Program-made: the position numbers and the translations under genes
The notes under the pieces: model-generated
The model's database searches: none
Told to the model about the DNA's origin: nothing
The model's input: only the letters and a program-made list of their open reading frames with translations
In this document: one piece after another, positions 17,161 to 26,213 of the stretch
Numbering within the stretch: the stretch's first letter is position 1
How the letters are laid out: every line of letters begins with the position of its first letter
From: a virus
Taxonomy: Duplodnaviria; Caudoviricetes
Virus record (IMG/VR): IMGVR_UViG_3300047552_000234
Location: 1-36,903 of that record
Direction: 5' to 3' (one strand)
Length of the DNA stretch: 36,903 nt

Positions 17161-20100
17161 ATGACTTCCTTTAACTCACAGGTTGGATCGCTGCGCGAAC
17201 GATCCGACCTATCTTCACTGAACTTCCCAGACGGTTATCCGGTCGTGCCCTTGGTTAGCCGCTCTTGGGGAGGTTCAAAGTTCAAGCTCCTCATTCTTGT
17301 TGAGTCCATCGACTCTCGAGACATCTACTCTGGAAAGCTCCTCTCTGGGGAAGACGAAGACCAGCCACGCTCACGGGACGCCCGTAGCGAGCATAACCCA
17401 ATGAAGTCAATCTTCATGACGGTCTTCGACAAGGCAGTTGCCATGCTCAAGCAGTATGACATCACCTTTGACGAGGACTCCTTTCCATCCTTAGCTGTTG
17501 CAAACTTTAACGCTAAGAAGATCAAGAGCCTGGATCCACAAGTGCAGCGCACGCACTTCTCCGGATTCGCCACGCGGGCTCTTTCAATAATCGAAAAACT
17601 CAAACCTACCCATATACTGATTTGTGGGGACACGGCTGCACACGTTTTACTTTCGAGATTTGAAGCCCCTGAAGGTGAGCTTTCGGCAGACGAAGTCAGC
17701 AAGAACTCTCTGTTCAAACGAGGCTGGGTGTTCAAACGTGCCTGGAGAGGTCGGGAGTTCCTAGTAACTCCAACCCTAGACCTTGAAAGCCTGTACTCTG
17801 TTGGTAAAGTCGAAGGCGATGATGAAGACGAGGGTGACAAGTACGCTGCTGGCGACCTCTTGTACTTTGTTGCTCGTAACTTCATGAACCTTCTTGCAGG
17901 TAGAAACCTGCATGACCTTTCGCATATCAAACCGAATCCTGTTTACGTTGACACGATTGCTAAGTTTGATACCTTAATGGAGAAGCTGTGGTCGGCTGAC
18001 ACGTTTGCGTTGGACACGGAAACCAAAAATCTGTCCAACTCTAAGAACGCCTTCTACATGATGCAAGTAGCTATTTCTACGAAGAAGGGCTATTGCATCC
18101 CCGTTTCACACCCAAAGGGGCCATTCACACCTGAAGAGCAGGCTTACATCCTGGGCAAATTCCGCAAGCTTCTTGCTAGTAAAAAGAAAAAGACCATCAT
18201 CACCCTGAATGGCGTATTTGATACGCGGGTGAGTCGAACGATCTTGGATCTAGCGTTTATCCCTCACCATAACATTCACGAGATTACTGCTGGTGAACAG
18301 TTGCTGGATGAAAACCTGGGCCTATTTGCCCGTATGAAGTTCTACTTCTTAGGTGATTACGTAAAGAGTTCGTACCAGAACCTACGAAACCTGTTTTGCT
18401 ACTATGGCAATGACCTGTATTATCGTCTCCCCTTCTCGAAGGAAGAACGCAATCTTACAGGTAGTTTTCCACCGGATGACGAAAACCTACTAAAATACTG
18501 TTCGCTCGATGTGCAGAGCATCTTTGGAATGGCCGAGCAACAGTTTGAACGTGCTGAGCGAATCATTGTTCGTCAGAACTACAAATCTAAGCCCGTCACC
18601 TATTCCAAATACTTCCGCACTCACCTGCTGAACCAAATGAGCAATACCGTTATTGGTATTTCTCACATGGAGCAAAACGGCTCCCCAATCGACACTGATT
18701 ACTTGCTGCACTTGATGGGGAAGAACAGTCCTCTGCACAAGGTCATTAACGAGACAACGCAGGAACTCTTAGCACTACCCAACGTAAAGAAGACCAACCT
18801 TCAACTGCTCAACAACGTAGGCAAGTCCAAGACTTCTCTATTTGGAGGCACCCCGAACATCTTCAATCTGGGAACGAAGGAGCATGTTCTAAAGCTATTC
18901 TTAGAAGTCATGGCTCTTAAGTCAGTGGCTACTACTCCTACAGGTGCGCCGTCTATAGGTAAAGCTTTTGTCGCGGCGTATGAAAAGCAACACAAAGAAG
19001 TTGAACTGTTTGCAGTAATCGGTAAGGCTAAAAAGCTACTGAGCACCTACGTGAAGTCCTGGTATGATATAATCCAGGAAGACCTGGATTCCGTCGTAGA
19101 CAAATGCCTGCGTCCATCTTTTGGGTTCTTTACAATTGTTACTGGTCGCTTGAACTCTTTCAAGCCGTCACTGCAACAGGTGCCTTCAAGAGGTAAGCTC
19201 GCTTATTACATCAAGAGAGCATTCCGTGCCCCTCAGGGTTTCTTGAACATCAAGTACGACTATAGTGCTCACGAGGTTAGAGGGTGGTCTTACCTTAGTG
19301 GCGACAAAGCCATTGCTGCTTCCTTCCAAGCGGGTCTTGACTTACGTCGGGAGCTAATCAAGGTCTCTTTCCCTAAAGAGTTCAAGTTCAGCTTAAAGCT
19401 AGACGCAAAATCCAAGGAGCGCAAAGGGTTAGACGCCGAGAAAGACAAAGCCAAGATAGCAGAAATTGATGCTTGGCTAAAGAAGCACGAGAATCACGTC
19501 TTGGTCAGGCTGTTCAAAAAGCTAGCCAAGGATGGTGACTTCCACCTTCAAAACGTATATCGAGTCTTCAAGAAATGGGTCGATAAGTCTCATCCGTTAC
19601 GGGACGCTGTTAAAGCAATCGTCTTTGGTCTAATCTACGGCAAGGGTATTCGATCGCTTGCAAAGCAACTAGGCATTGAGGAGGAGGAAGCTGCATCCAT
19701 TGCAGACGGCCTTTTCGCAGAATTCCCGGTAGGTGCCAAATGGTTGGAAGCAGCCATTCTGCAAGTGAAGAAATACGGATACGTCATGTCACCGATTGGT
19801 AGATGCCGCCGACTCTGGCGTGTCTTCACTGGTCGCCGGGCTGTTATCTCTGCAGCAGGTCGTAGAGCACAGAACGCTCCTATCCAAGGACTTGCCTCCG
19901 AGATGGGTAGTTCCGCTGCTGTTCTGGTGCTGCGCCGCAGCTATCTGTTCATCAAGAAGTGGAAAACCTGGTTTACCTGGAAGCACTTTCCGTTGTATAA
20001 CCGTGCCGTTCATGATGCTAACTACTTTACTGTGCCTTACGAGATGGTTATCCCCTTCATCCATATTATGCAATACATGGCAACGAATGGTCTGGTTGAT

Positions 20101-20436
20101 TGGTATGACGAGTACTTCGGTTTCCGCTGCACTATAGAACCCGAGATTGAACTAGAATTCTCCGCTTCTGAGGATAAGTCTTACAAATGGTCGTGGCAGA
20201 TCCCCGAAGTACCATACCTGATCCATAAGTGCCTACAGGACCAAATAGCTTTGGGTACTCTGGACCCAAGAGATTTAGATCGAGTGTTCAAAACCATAAT
20301 GAAGCCTTGGAAAGATAAGGAGATGCGGGAATATCTGCAGTCTACCTATCCTTTGCTTAACGTACCTGATTTGTTGCCACAGATAGAAGCTACCGTGGCT
20401 GAAATGAAATTCAATGACAAGGGTTTAATCGTATGA
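17161..20436 (+). CDS. polA: Family A DNA polymerase with N-terminal UDG-like domain and 3'-5' exonuclease
   Basis: ExoI ALDTET, ExoII NGVFD, ExoIII YCSLD; TGRLNSFKPSLQQVP; motif A YDYSAHEVR; motif B RDAVKAIVFGLIYG; NAPIQG; motif C VHDA. N-terminal IIEKLKPTHILICGDTAA is UDG-family-4-like. Confidence 0.92.
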   Translation: MTSFNSQVGSLRERSDLSSLNFPDGYPVVPLVSRSWGGSKFKLLILVESIDSRDIYSGKLLSGEDEDQPRSRDARSEHNPMKSIFMTVFDKAVAMLKQYDITFDEDSFPSLAVANFNAKKIKSLDPQVQRTHFSGFATRALSIIEKLKPTHILICGDTAAHVLLSRFEAPEGELSADEVSKNSLFKRGWVFKRAWRGREFLVTPTLDLESLYSVGKVEGDDEDEGDKYAAGDLLYFVARNFMNLLAGRNLHDLSHIKPNPVYVDTIAKFDTLMEKLWSADTFALDTETKNLSNSKNAFYMMQVAISTKKGYCIPVSHPKGPFTPEEQAYILGKFRKLLASKKKKTIITLNGVFDTRVSRTILDLAFIPHHNIHEITAGEQLLDENLGLFARMKFYFLGDYVKSSYQNLRNLFCYYGNDLYYRLPFSKEERNLTGSFPPDDENLLKYCSLDVQSIFGMAEQQFERAERIIVRQNYKSKPVTYSKYFRTHLLNQMSNTVIGISHMEQNGSPIDTDYLLHLMGKNSPLHKVINETTQELLALPNVKKTNLQLLNNVGKSKTSLFGGTPNIFNLGTKEHVLKLFLEVMALKSVATTPTGAPSIGKAFVAAYEKQHKEVELFAVIGKAKKLLSTYVKSWYDIIQEDLDSVVDKCLRPSFGFFTIVTGRLNSFKPSLQQVPSRGKLAYYIKRAFRAPQGFLNIKYDYSAHEVRGWSYLSGDKAIAASFQAGLDLRRELIKVSFPKEFKFSLKLDAKSKERKGLDAEKDKAKIAEIDAWLKKHENHVLVRLFKKLAKDGDFHLQNVYRVFKKWVDKSHPLRDAVKAIVFGLIYGKGIRSLAKQLGIEEEEAASIADGLFAEFPVGAKWLEAAILQVKKYGYVMSPIGRCRRLWRVFTGRRAVISAAGRRAQNAPIQGLASEMGSSAAVLVLRRSYLFIKKWKTWFTWKHFPLYNRAVHDANYFTVPYEMVIPFIHIMQYMATNGLVDWYDEYFGFRCTIEPEIELEFSASEDKSYKWSWQIPEVPYLIHKCLQDQIALGTLDPRDLDRVFKTIMKPWKDKEMREYLQSTYPLLNVPDLLPQIEATVAEMKFNDKGLIV

Positions 20437-21101
20437 CACCTTCATCTCTGAAGGGGGTGCTATACGGGGGTTTGGTTCTCAGCACCAATAAACCTCCGTC
20501 AGTACCTTTCTTCTCTGCGCAGTTTGTTCCAACTCAGCATATCCATGGTGCCCCCTACGGTTCTGTGTACAGCACTTCGGAGTATTCTTCCGCTTACTAC
20601 CTTCCTCAGCAGGGTAGTAGACGCTACTCTGTATATTCAGTAGCTCCACTATCCGATGGATACGGCGAATTGATGATTAAGAATCTGGTTGCTGCTCAGA
20701 ATTCTAGTGAGTCCATGGGTTTGAAAAAGAACCTGCGAACTGAGTTTTACGATTCTTGCCCCGATGCCAGCCTGTTTGTTTTGGAGCAGAGTGTTCCGTA
20801 TGGTGCTTTGATCTTTCAATCCAAGGGTATAGAACTTAGCATGTATGGCCTATATAACGCAGACGAAGCCATCCTGTTCTGGACAAACTCTGACCTTATC
20901 GAACGACATCTTCTATCTACCTACGGGGAACGGTACTTGCTGTATCGCTTCTTGCCTCGTACGAATTTTGCTACCGTAGTGATGACTGCGCGTGTCTGCT
21001 CTCGATGGTATCGTTGGGGTAAGACCAAAGAATTCAAATCACAGGGGTCCCGGTTCCCTATTTTAGAGCGCTCGCTATTCTATGAGCAACCCACTAGCTG
21101 A
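20433..21101 (+). CDS. Hypothetical protein
   Basis: 222 aa, ATGA overlap with the polymerase stop, between polymerase and primase. Confidence 0.6.
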   Translation: MTPSSLKGVLYGGLVLSTNKPPSVPFFSAQFVPTQHIHGAPYGSVYSTSEYSSAYYLPQQGSRRYSVYSVAPLSDGYGELMIKNLVAAQNSSESMGLKKNLRTEFYDSCPDASLFVLEQSVPYGALIFQSKGIELSMYGLYNADEAILFWTNSDLIERHLLSTYGERYLLYRFLPRTNFATVVMTARVCSRWYRWGKTKEFKSQGSRFPILERSLFYEQPTS

Positions 21102-22113
21102 TCTTGTTAGAAATGAGCTTCGCAAAGTACAGGGTACTAAGAAGCTTGGTAAAGACTATAGCTTTATCTTATGCCCGTTTCACAACGAGCGCACACCTTC
21201 AGGTCGAGTATTCCACAAGGATAGCTCTATCTCCGGCGTAGGTTGGTTCAAGTGCTACGGGTGTGGCAAGTCCGCCCCCTGGAACGATCTAGCCGAGGTT
21301 TTGCACCTTGAACAAATTACCAAAGCTAGCGAGCGTAAAGCCTCTCTTAAAGTACCCCCTGCTAACTATCTTACGTCTGACGACGATTTCCTTTCTGTTC
21401 AGAAGTCAGCACATGCTGAAGATCTAAAGCACTTCGATCTCAGAGTGCCTACCTACCAGAAGTACGCTGGCCTCGTCGCTAACAAGTGGCGAGGATTTAA
21501 GCTGGATTTCTTGCATGACGTAATAGGTGCGTCCTTAGTTAGAAAACACTTTGCGGAAGCTGACTACCAGAAGTTCTATATATTCTTGCCAGTGGATGTC
21601 AAAGGTAAACGCCGTGGATACATCAAAGCCCAGATAAAGAAAGCCAAAGACAAGAGCGTACCCTCATACATAAATTCTAGTGGCACCTGGTCCAGAAAGC
21701 ATGGACTGTTCCCATACGATCCTGCTGTAGACCTTATGGATAGACTGGGCCTACGTACTCTAGTCCTTGTTGAAGGTCCACGTGATGCTCTGCGCTTGAT
21801 ACGTATGAATATTCCTGCAATCTGCATCCTAGGTACACAGTCCTGGTCTAAGGCTAAACTAAAGCTACTAGCGATGTCAGGTGCCGAGCGCATTATACTC
21901 ATGATGGACGGTGACGCGGCGGGCAAGAAAGCAACGAAGCTTTTGAAGACCGGGCTTAATGTAAATGGTGAGCAAGTGGCCCCTCCGCTTAACGAATTCT
22001 TCGAAGTCAAGGTAATGAAGCTCTGGAAATTTTCCCCAAGTAAGGAAGAAGCCTACGACCCAGGCAACTGCCCTACTGAACTTCTTTTAACTGTCAAGGA
22101 CTACCTAGTGTAG
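21082..22113 (+). CDS. dnaG: DnaG-type DNA primase (CHC2 Zn finger + TOPRIM)
   Basis: CPFH...FKCYGCG Zn finger; TOPRIM motifs LVEGPRDAL and MMDGDAAG. Confidence 0.88.
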   Translation: MSNPLADLVRNELRKVQGTKKLGKDYSFILCPFHNERTPSGRVFHKDSSISGVGWFKCYGCGKSAPWNDLAEVLHLEQITKASERKASLKVPPANYLTSDDDFLSVQKSAHAEDLKHFDLRVPTYQKYAGLVANKWRGFKLDFLHDVIGASLVRKHFAEADYQKFYIFLPVDVKGKRRGYIKAQIKKAKDKSVPSYINSSGTWSRKHGLFPYDPAVDLMDRLGLRTLVLVEGPRDALRLIRMNIPAICILGTQSWSKAKLKLLAMSGAERIILMMDGDAAGKKATKLLKTGLNVNGEQVAPPLNEFFEVKVMKLWKFSPSKEEAYDPGNCPTELLLTVKDYLV

Positions 22114-22120
22114 AAACGAA

Positions 22121-22507
22121 ATGCTCTTATATCTAGCTCTCGCAGTCGGTATTGCAATCTCTTCGGCGGCCGCTGTTTGGCCTCTAGCAAAACAATCGGG
22201 AATAGCGTCACAACAAGAACTCATTAAGCAAGCTAACGAGGAGAAAGACAAGGCTCGAACGGAGGCTACAAAAGCCATCGAGCAGTTCAACACTTATAAA
22301 GAACAACAGGCAAAAATGCTGGTGGCTGCCGAAGCAGAGGCTATGCGGGCTAGAGACGCGGCTAGAAAATCTGAAGCCACTCACCTCACCTCTGTGAACG
22401 ATTTGATGTCGAAATATTCTGAAGCCGTCAAGACTATCCGTACTTGCACGCTATCACCTGTAGGTACGTCAACAATCCGTAGCCTGATCCAAGAGGCAAA
22501 CAAATGA
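22121..22507 (+). CDS. Putative i-spanin (Rz-like)
   Basis: N-terminal hydrophobic helix, long Ala/Glu/Lys coiled coil, C-terminal Cys; overlaps a downstream lipoprotein gene by 4 nt. Confidence 0.65.
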   Translation: MLLYLALAVGIAISSAAAVWPLAKQSGIASQQELIKQANEEKDKARTEATKAIEQFNTYKEQQAKMLVAAEAEAMRARDAARKSEATHLTSVNDLMSKYSEAVKTIRTCTLSPVGTSTIRSLIQEANK

Positions 22508-22845
22508 AATTCTACCTGATGATCGCCCTCTGCGCTTTTGTGAGTGGGTGTGCTACCAAACCTGTAGATGATTGGAAACCCCCAGCAGCAGTCGATCCTA
22601 AAACAGAAGTCAATTTGAGCTCTGACTACTTTGTTCAATGCGACCCTCTGCCTGATCTTAAGAGCACTACTGATCAGGGTACTCCTCTATGCCAGCAAGC
22701 TTCTGCTATCTGTGAGGAAGCAGTCGTTTCCTGGGTTAAACAAGTTACAGTGGTACACAAGAATTGTAAGAATCGTGTGGACTCGCATATCAAGTTGCTA
22801 AACAATCTCGTTTCCACACAGAAGGGGTTTAAGAAAAATGACTGA
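22504..22845 (+). CDS. Putative o-spanin (Rz1-like lipoprotein)
   Basis: Signal peptide MKFYLMIALCAFVSG|C with lipobox, Pro-rich linker, CDPLP, further Cys residues and a C-terminal helix. Confidence 0.7.
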   Translation: MKFYLMIALCAFVSGCATKPVDDWKPPAAVDPKTEVNLSSDYFVQCDPLPDLKSTTDQGTPLCQQASAICEEAVVSWVKQVTVVHKNCKNRVDSHIKLLNNLVSTQKGFKKND

Positions 22846-23299
22846 AGCGAAGGCACCTGAGTACGTAGACTACTTTAAGGTACGGGCAAACCCCTCCGGG
22901 TTTTCTATTTCTCTGCTAACTGAGGACCCCCTGCCTGAGAAGTTCAAGTCCTCTAATGTCCTATACAGAGACCTGCGTCGGGTACTGACCAATTACCTTA
23001 AGCTCGATAATGGGGTCATCAAAGTAAAGCGGTGCACTGAATCTTCCCCTCCGCATACGATCTTTGCTCTAGCCTTCAACGGCAATATTGTGTTTGATCC
23101 TTTGGCCGTATTTCGTAACCCCTACTTAGCTCTCACAAAAGATGGCGTGCTTAATCTGGCGTCTATTCCTTTTCGAGAGGATTACTTACGCGCCGACCAC
23201 GATCATATCAAAAATAGGAAAGCCCCATGGAAAAAGAAGAAGCCCTTAGAGAAGCCTTTAGAACCTACCAGTCCTACCTCGGAAACCGTAACCTCATAG
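22838..23299 (+). CDS. Hypothetical protein
   Basis: 153-aa ORF in the gene tiling; no family recognised. Confidence 0.55.
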   Translation: MTEAKAPEYVDYFKVRANPSGFSISLLTEDPLPEKFKSSNVLYRDLRRVLTNYLKLDNGVIKVKRCTESSPPHTIFALAFNGNIVFDPLAVFRNPYLALTKDGVLNLASIPFREDYLRADHDHIKNRKAPWKKKKPLEKPLEPTSPTSETVTS

Positions 23300-23862
23300 A
23301 AGCGATTTATACGCGAGCACGTTTGATTGAAGAGTTGAACCCTTTGTTCGTCAAGCTTGAAGACCTTCTTGCTAGACAGCGTGCTATGTTCGTTTCCAAG
23401 GCGGATAAGCTAGTGCCAATTGACATTGGAAACGAAGATCTACGAATCACTTCCGCCTTGGACGATATCTATACGGCGGAAGACCAGACGCGTAGAGCTC
23501 AAGCAGCAAAGCTGGCAAAACGCCTCTACTCTATCTATCATCCGGATAAGTCTACAGGGGATGCTATAACCTTTAGCCTAGTACGGAGATGCGCTAAAGA
23601 AGGTGATCTAGAGGCCCTCTACTTGTTTAGAAAGAAAGAGGGTGTTGATGACTTCACTGTAGAGGAAGTGCAGCTACTCAATCAAAAGCTAAAGATTCGA
23701 GCTTCTAAATTTCAAGGCTCCGCTTCTTACCAGGTAGCTCAGAGCTACATTAGCAACCGACAAAAGTTTATAACTGACTTATCTGACCTGCTGAACAAAC
23801 GTATTCAAATACTAGAACTTCAGCTTCTCGGCATGAATCCTAAATCCAGTTTGGAGATTTGA
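23227..23862 (+). CDS. J-domain-like (HPD motif) protein
   Basis: Helix-HPD-helix AKLAKRLYSIYHPDKSTGDAITFSLVRRC within an all-helical protein. Confidence 0.55.
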   Translation: MEKEEALREAFRTYQSYLGNRNLIEAIYTRARLIEELNPLFVKLEDLLARQRAMFVSKADKLVPIDIGNEDLRITSALDDIYTAEDQTRRAQAAKLAKRLYSIYHPDKSTGDAITFSLVRRCAKEGDLEALYLFRKKEGVDDFTVEEVQLLNQKLKIRASKFQGSASYQVAQSYISNRQKFITDLSDLLNKRIQILELQLLGMNPKSSLEI

Positions 23863-24956
23863 TGTCTATCAATAAAGACGACTTCTTAGTTGTAAGCCAC
23901 AAGAAAACGGACGATAAGACCGTACTCTTGCTTGTCAAAGCAAAGGCCAATGCATCCGACTCCAAGACCGTTAAGGCTGAGCTACAAGAAATGCCACATA
24001 TCAGGTCTAAGATTGATCACTACGAGGTAAAGAACGTGGTCCTAAACCTGGGCCCTAGACCTGAGCCCGGAAAAGTCTACGGATTTGACCTATCACGTGT
24101 TTATCTGGGAAGCCGGGAGCACGAGTATTTTGGTGACTTCCATTTCTTTACGCGCTTGAATAAAGAAGCGGGTAGCAAGCTATTCAAGGGTGCTGACTAC
24201 GTAGCTAAGAAGTTGCGGAAGCAAGGCTTGGACTTTCTGTTTGACTGTAACTGCGTATACGAGATCGTACCTAAACACGGTAAATACGCTGGCATGTATT
24301 ACCCTGAGCGTAAGAAGCAGGACATCCCACCCCGTATACAGCTGTCTGTAGACAAGTCTTTCGTAGAAAGCTCACCGATTACTGATGCCTACTCCTACGT
24401 ACTTATGCACGAGATCGGGCACCTAGTCCATCTTAAATTCTTACGAAATAAGACTGCCTTAAACGCCAAGTGGATCAACAAGTACTCCACGACTATCAAA
24501 CCCAGAGTAGTAACCAAAGAACAATCCCACGCGCTGTTGGATGAACTCCCTTCCCATCAAGAAGATGGCCTGCGTGGACTAGTAGCTTCTCTTGAGGATG
24601 ACGAAGCTAAAGCCGACCTCAAGCTAGTAATCAAGTGGATCAGAGAAACCAAGAGTATTGACTTGCGCGACTTAGACACTCTGATTCGTAACGGCGACAA
24701 TTCCAAAGAGGTACTGCGTGGGTTGTGGCCTACTATCCCGGTGCAATCAAAGAAGCTGTCGCCGCTGGTAACTGAGTATGCTTGTAAAAACGTACGCGAG
24801 CTGTTCGCTGAGTCTTTTGCTTTCTACATGCTTGGTTCAAAATTGCCAAACTCTATTAGCTCTCTGATGGAACGCAGTCTTCAAGAGGCTATCAATAACA
24901 AGGGACTACTGGATGAAGATGATGAAGACCCCGACCCCGAACGAGACTCCGACTGA
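23862..24956 (+). CDS. Zincin-like metallopeptidase (HExxH; anthrax-lethal-factor-like)
   Basis: VLMHEIGHLVH plus downstream TEYACKNVRELFAESFAFY supplying the third-ligand Glu. GGAG RBS and TGATG overlap support a start at 23862. Confidence 0.65.
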   Translation: MSINKDDFLVVSHKKTDDKTVLLLVKAKANASDSKTVKAELQEMPHIRSKIDHYEVKNVVLNLGPRPEPGKVYGFDLSRVYLGSREHEYFGDFHFFTRLNKEAGSKLFKGADYVAKKLRKQGLDFLFDCNCVYEIVPKHGKYAGMYYPERKKQDIPPRIQLSVDKSFVESSPITDAYSYVLMHEIGHLVHLKFLRNKTALNAKWINKYSTTIKPRVVTKEQSHALLDELPSHQEDGLRGLVASLEDDEAKADLKLVIKWIRETKSIDLRDLDTLIRNGDNSKEVLRGLWPTIPVQSKKLSPLVTEYACKNVRELFAESFAFYMLGSKLPNSISSLMERSLQEAINNKGLLDEDDEDPDPERDSD

Positions 24957-25037
24957 AGACGAGCGTAAACAGTCACCTTCTAGATATGCAGACGACGGCC
25001 CTAACTACGAGGCTGACGAAGAACCCGAAAGCACTTC

Positions 25038-26213
25038 ATGATTAGCTCTAATGAAAATGTAGGTTCGTATACTGGAGACCCCGACTACACAGTAGTAGGA
25101 GCAGGTCTATCTGGTGTAACATTTGCGAGACGGAAAGCCGAATTAGGTGCTAAAGTCCTGGTAGTCGAAGAACGAAGCCACCTAGCGGGCAACGCTTATG
25201 ATTATATCAGTGAACACAGCAACCTGCTTGTTCACAAATATGGACCACACCTGTTTCATACCAACAGCCAGTTGGTATACGACTTTCTTTCTAGATTCAC
25301 AAAATGGCGTTTCTACGAACACCGTGTAAGAGCTAGGGTTTCTAACTCTTATACTGTCCCTGTCCCTGTCAATTTTGAATCGATACGCATCTTTGGGGAG
25401 CTAGACGCTATCCACGGTCGCGAAAACCTAGCTGAAAAACAGATCCTTGCTCTGCAGGCTCAATTTCCTCAGGACACTAGATATACTCTACGACAGCTTA
25501 AAAATCTCGGTGAGCAGTTCCCAGTCTTGAACGCCTTGTGGGAAACCGTCTACAACGCTATCTTTAAGAACTACACTCTAAAGATGTGGGGCTGCCCGCT
25601 CCAAGATTTGAACCCTTCTATTGCAGATCGAGTGCCACTAATAGCTGGTTACGATGACCGCTACTTCAAGGATACTTACCAATGTATGCCTGTTCATGGC
25701 TATGCACCCATGGTGAGAAGCATGTTGGAACATCCAAACATAAAGTTTGTTCCCAATCAATATTTTCGTAGATCAAAGACTAAATGCAAGATATACTACA
25801 CGGGGTCTATCGACGAGTACTTTGATTTCTGTTATGGGACACTACCTTATCGAGGTATAACCTTCAAGCACGAAGTCCTCCGAGAGTCCACTGCTAGTGA
25901 ATGGTTTAATTGGGGTAACGCCAGCACACTGAATGATCCGGGCCACCCTACAATAACGCGCACTTCCAGCATGTCAAGAATTGCTGGGTACGTATCACCG
26001 AGTAGAACCGATTGTCGTATTACAGAGACACCTAACAGCACTGGTAGATATTACCCTATGCCTACTACAGAAGCGCAGGCTCTGTATGATAAGTACGCGC
26101 TGGAGGCTGAAAAGCATCCTAATATCAAATTCGCTGGTAGACTCGGTTCCTATCAATACCTGAACATGGATCAAGCCGTTGCTCAGGCCCTGAAATACGC
26201 GGAGAATTTTTAG
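25038..26213 (+). CDS. glf: UDP-galactopyranose mutase
   Basis: FAD motif VVGAGLSG, ERSHLAGNAYD, HKYGPHLFHT, YTLKMWG, DDRYFKDTYQCMP, YTGSIDEYF, LPYRG, YYP, GRLGSYQYLNMDQAV. Confidence 0.93.
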   Translation: MISSNENVGSYTGDPDYTVVGAGLSGVTFARRKAELGAKVLVVEERSHLAGNAYDYISEHSNLLVHKYGPHLFHTNSQLVYDFLSRFTKWRFYEHRVRARVSNSYTVPVPVNFESIRIFGELDAIHGRENLAEKQILALQAQFPQDTRYTLRQLKNLGEQFPVLNALWETVYNAIFKNYTLKMWGCPLQDLNPSIADRVPLIAGYDDRYFKDTYQCMPVHGYAPMVRSMLEHPNIKFVPNQYFRRSKTKCKIYYTGSIDEYFDFCYGTLPYRGITFKHEVLRESTASEWFNWGNASTLNDPGHPTITRTSSMSRIAGYVSPSRTDCRITETPNSTGRYYPMPTTEAQALYDKYALEAEKHPNIKFAGRLGSYQYLNMDQAVAQALKYAENF

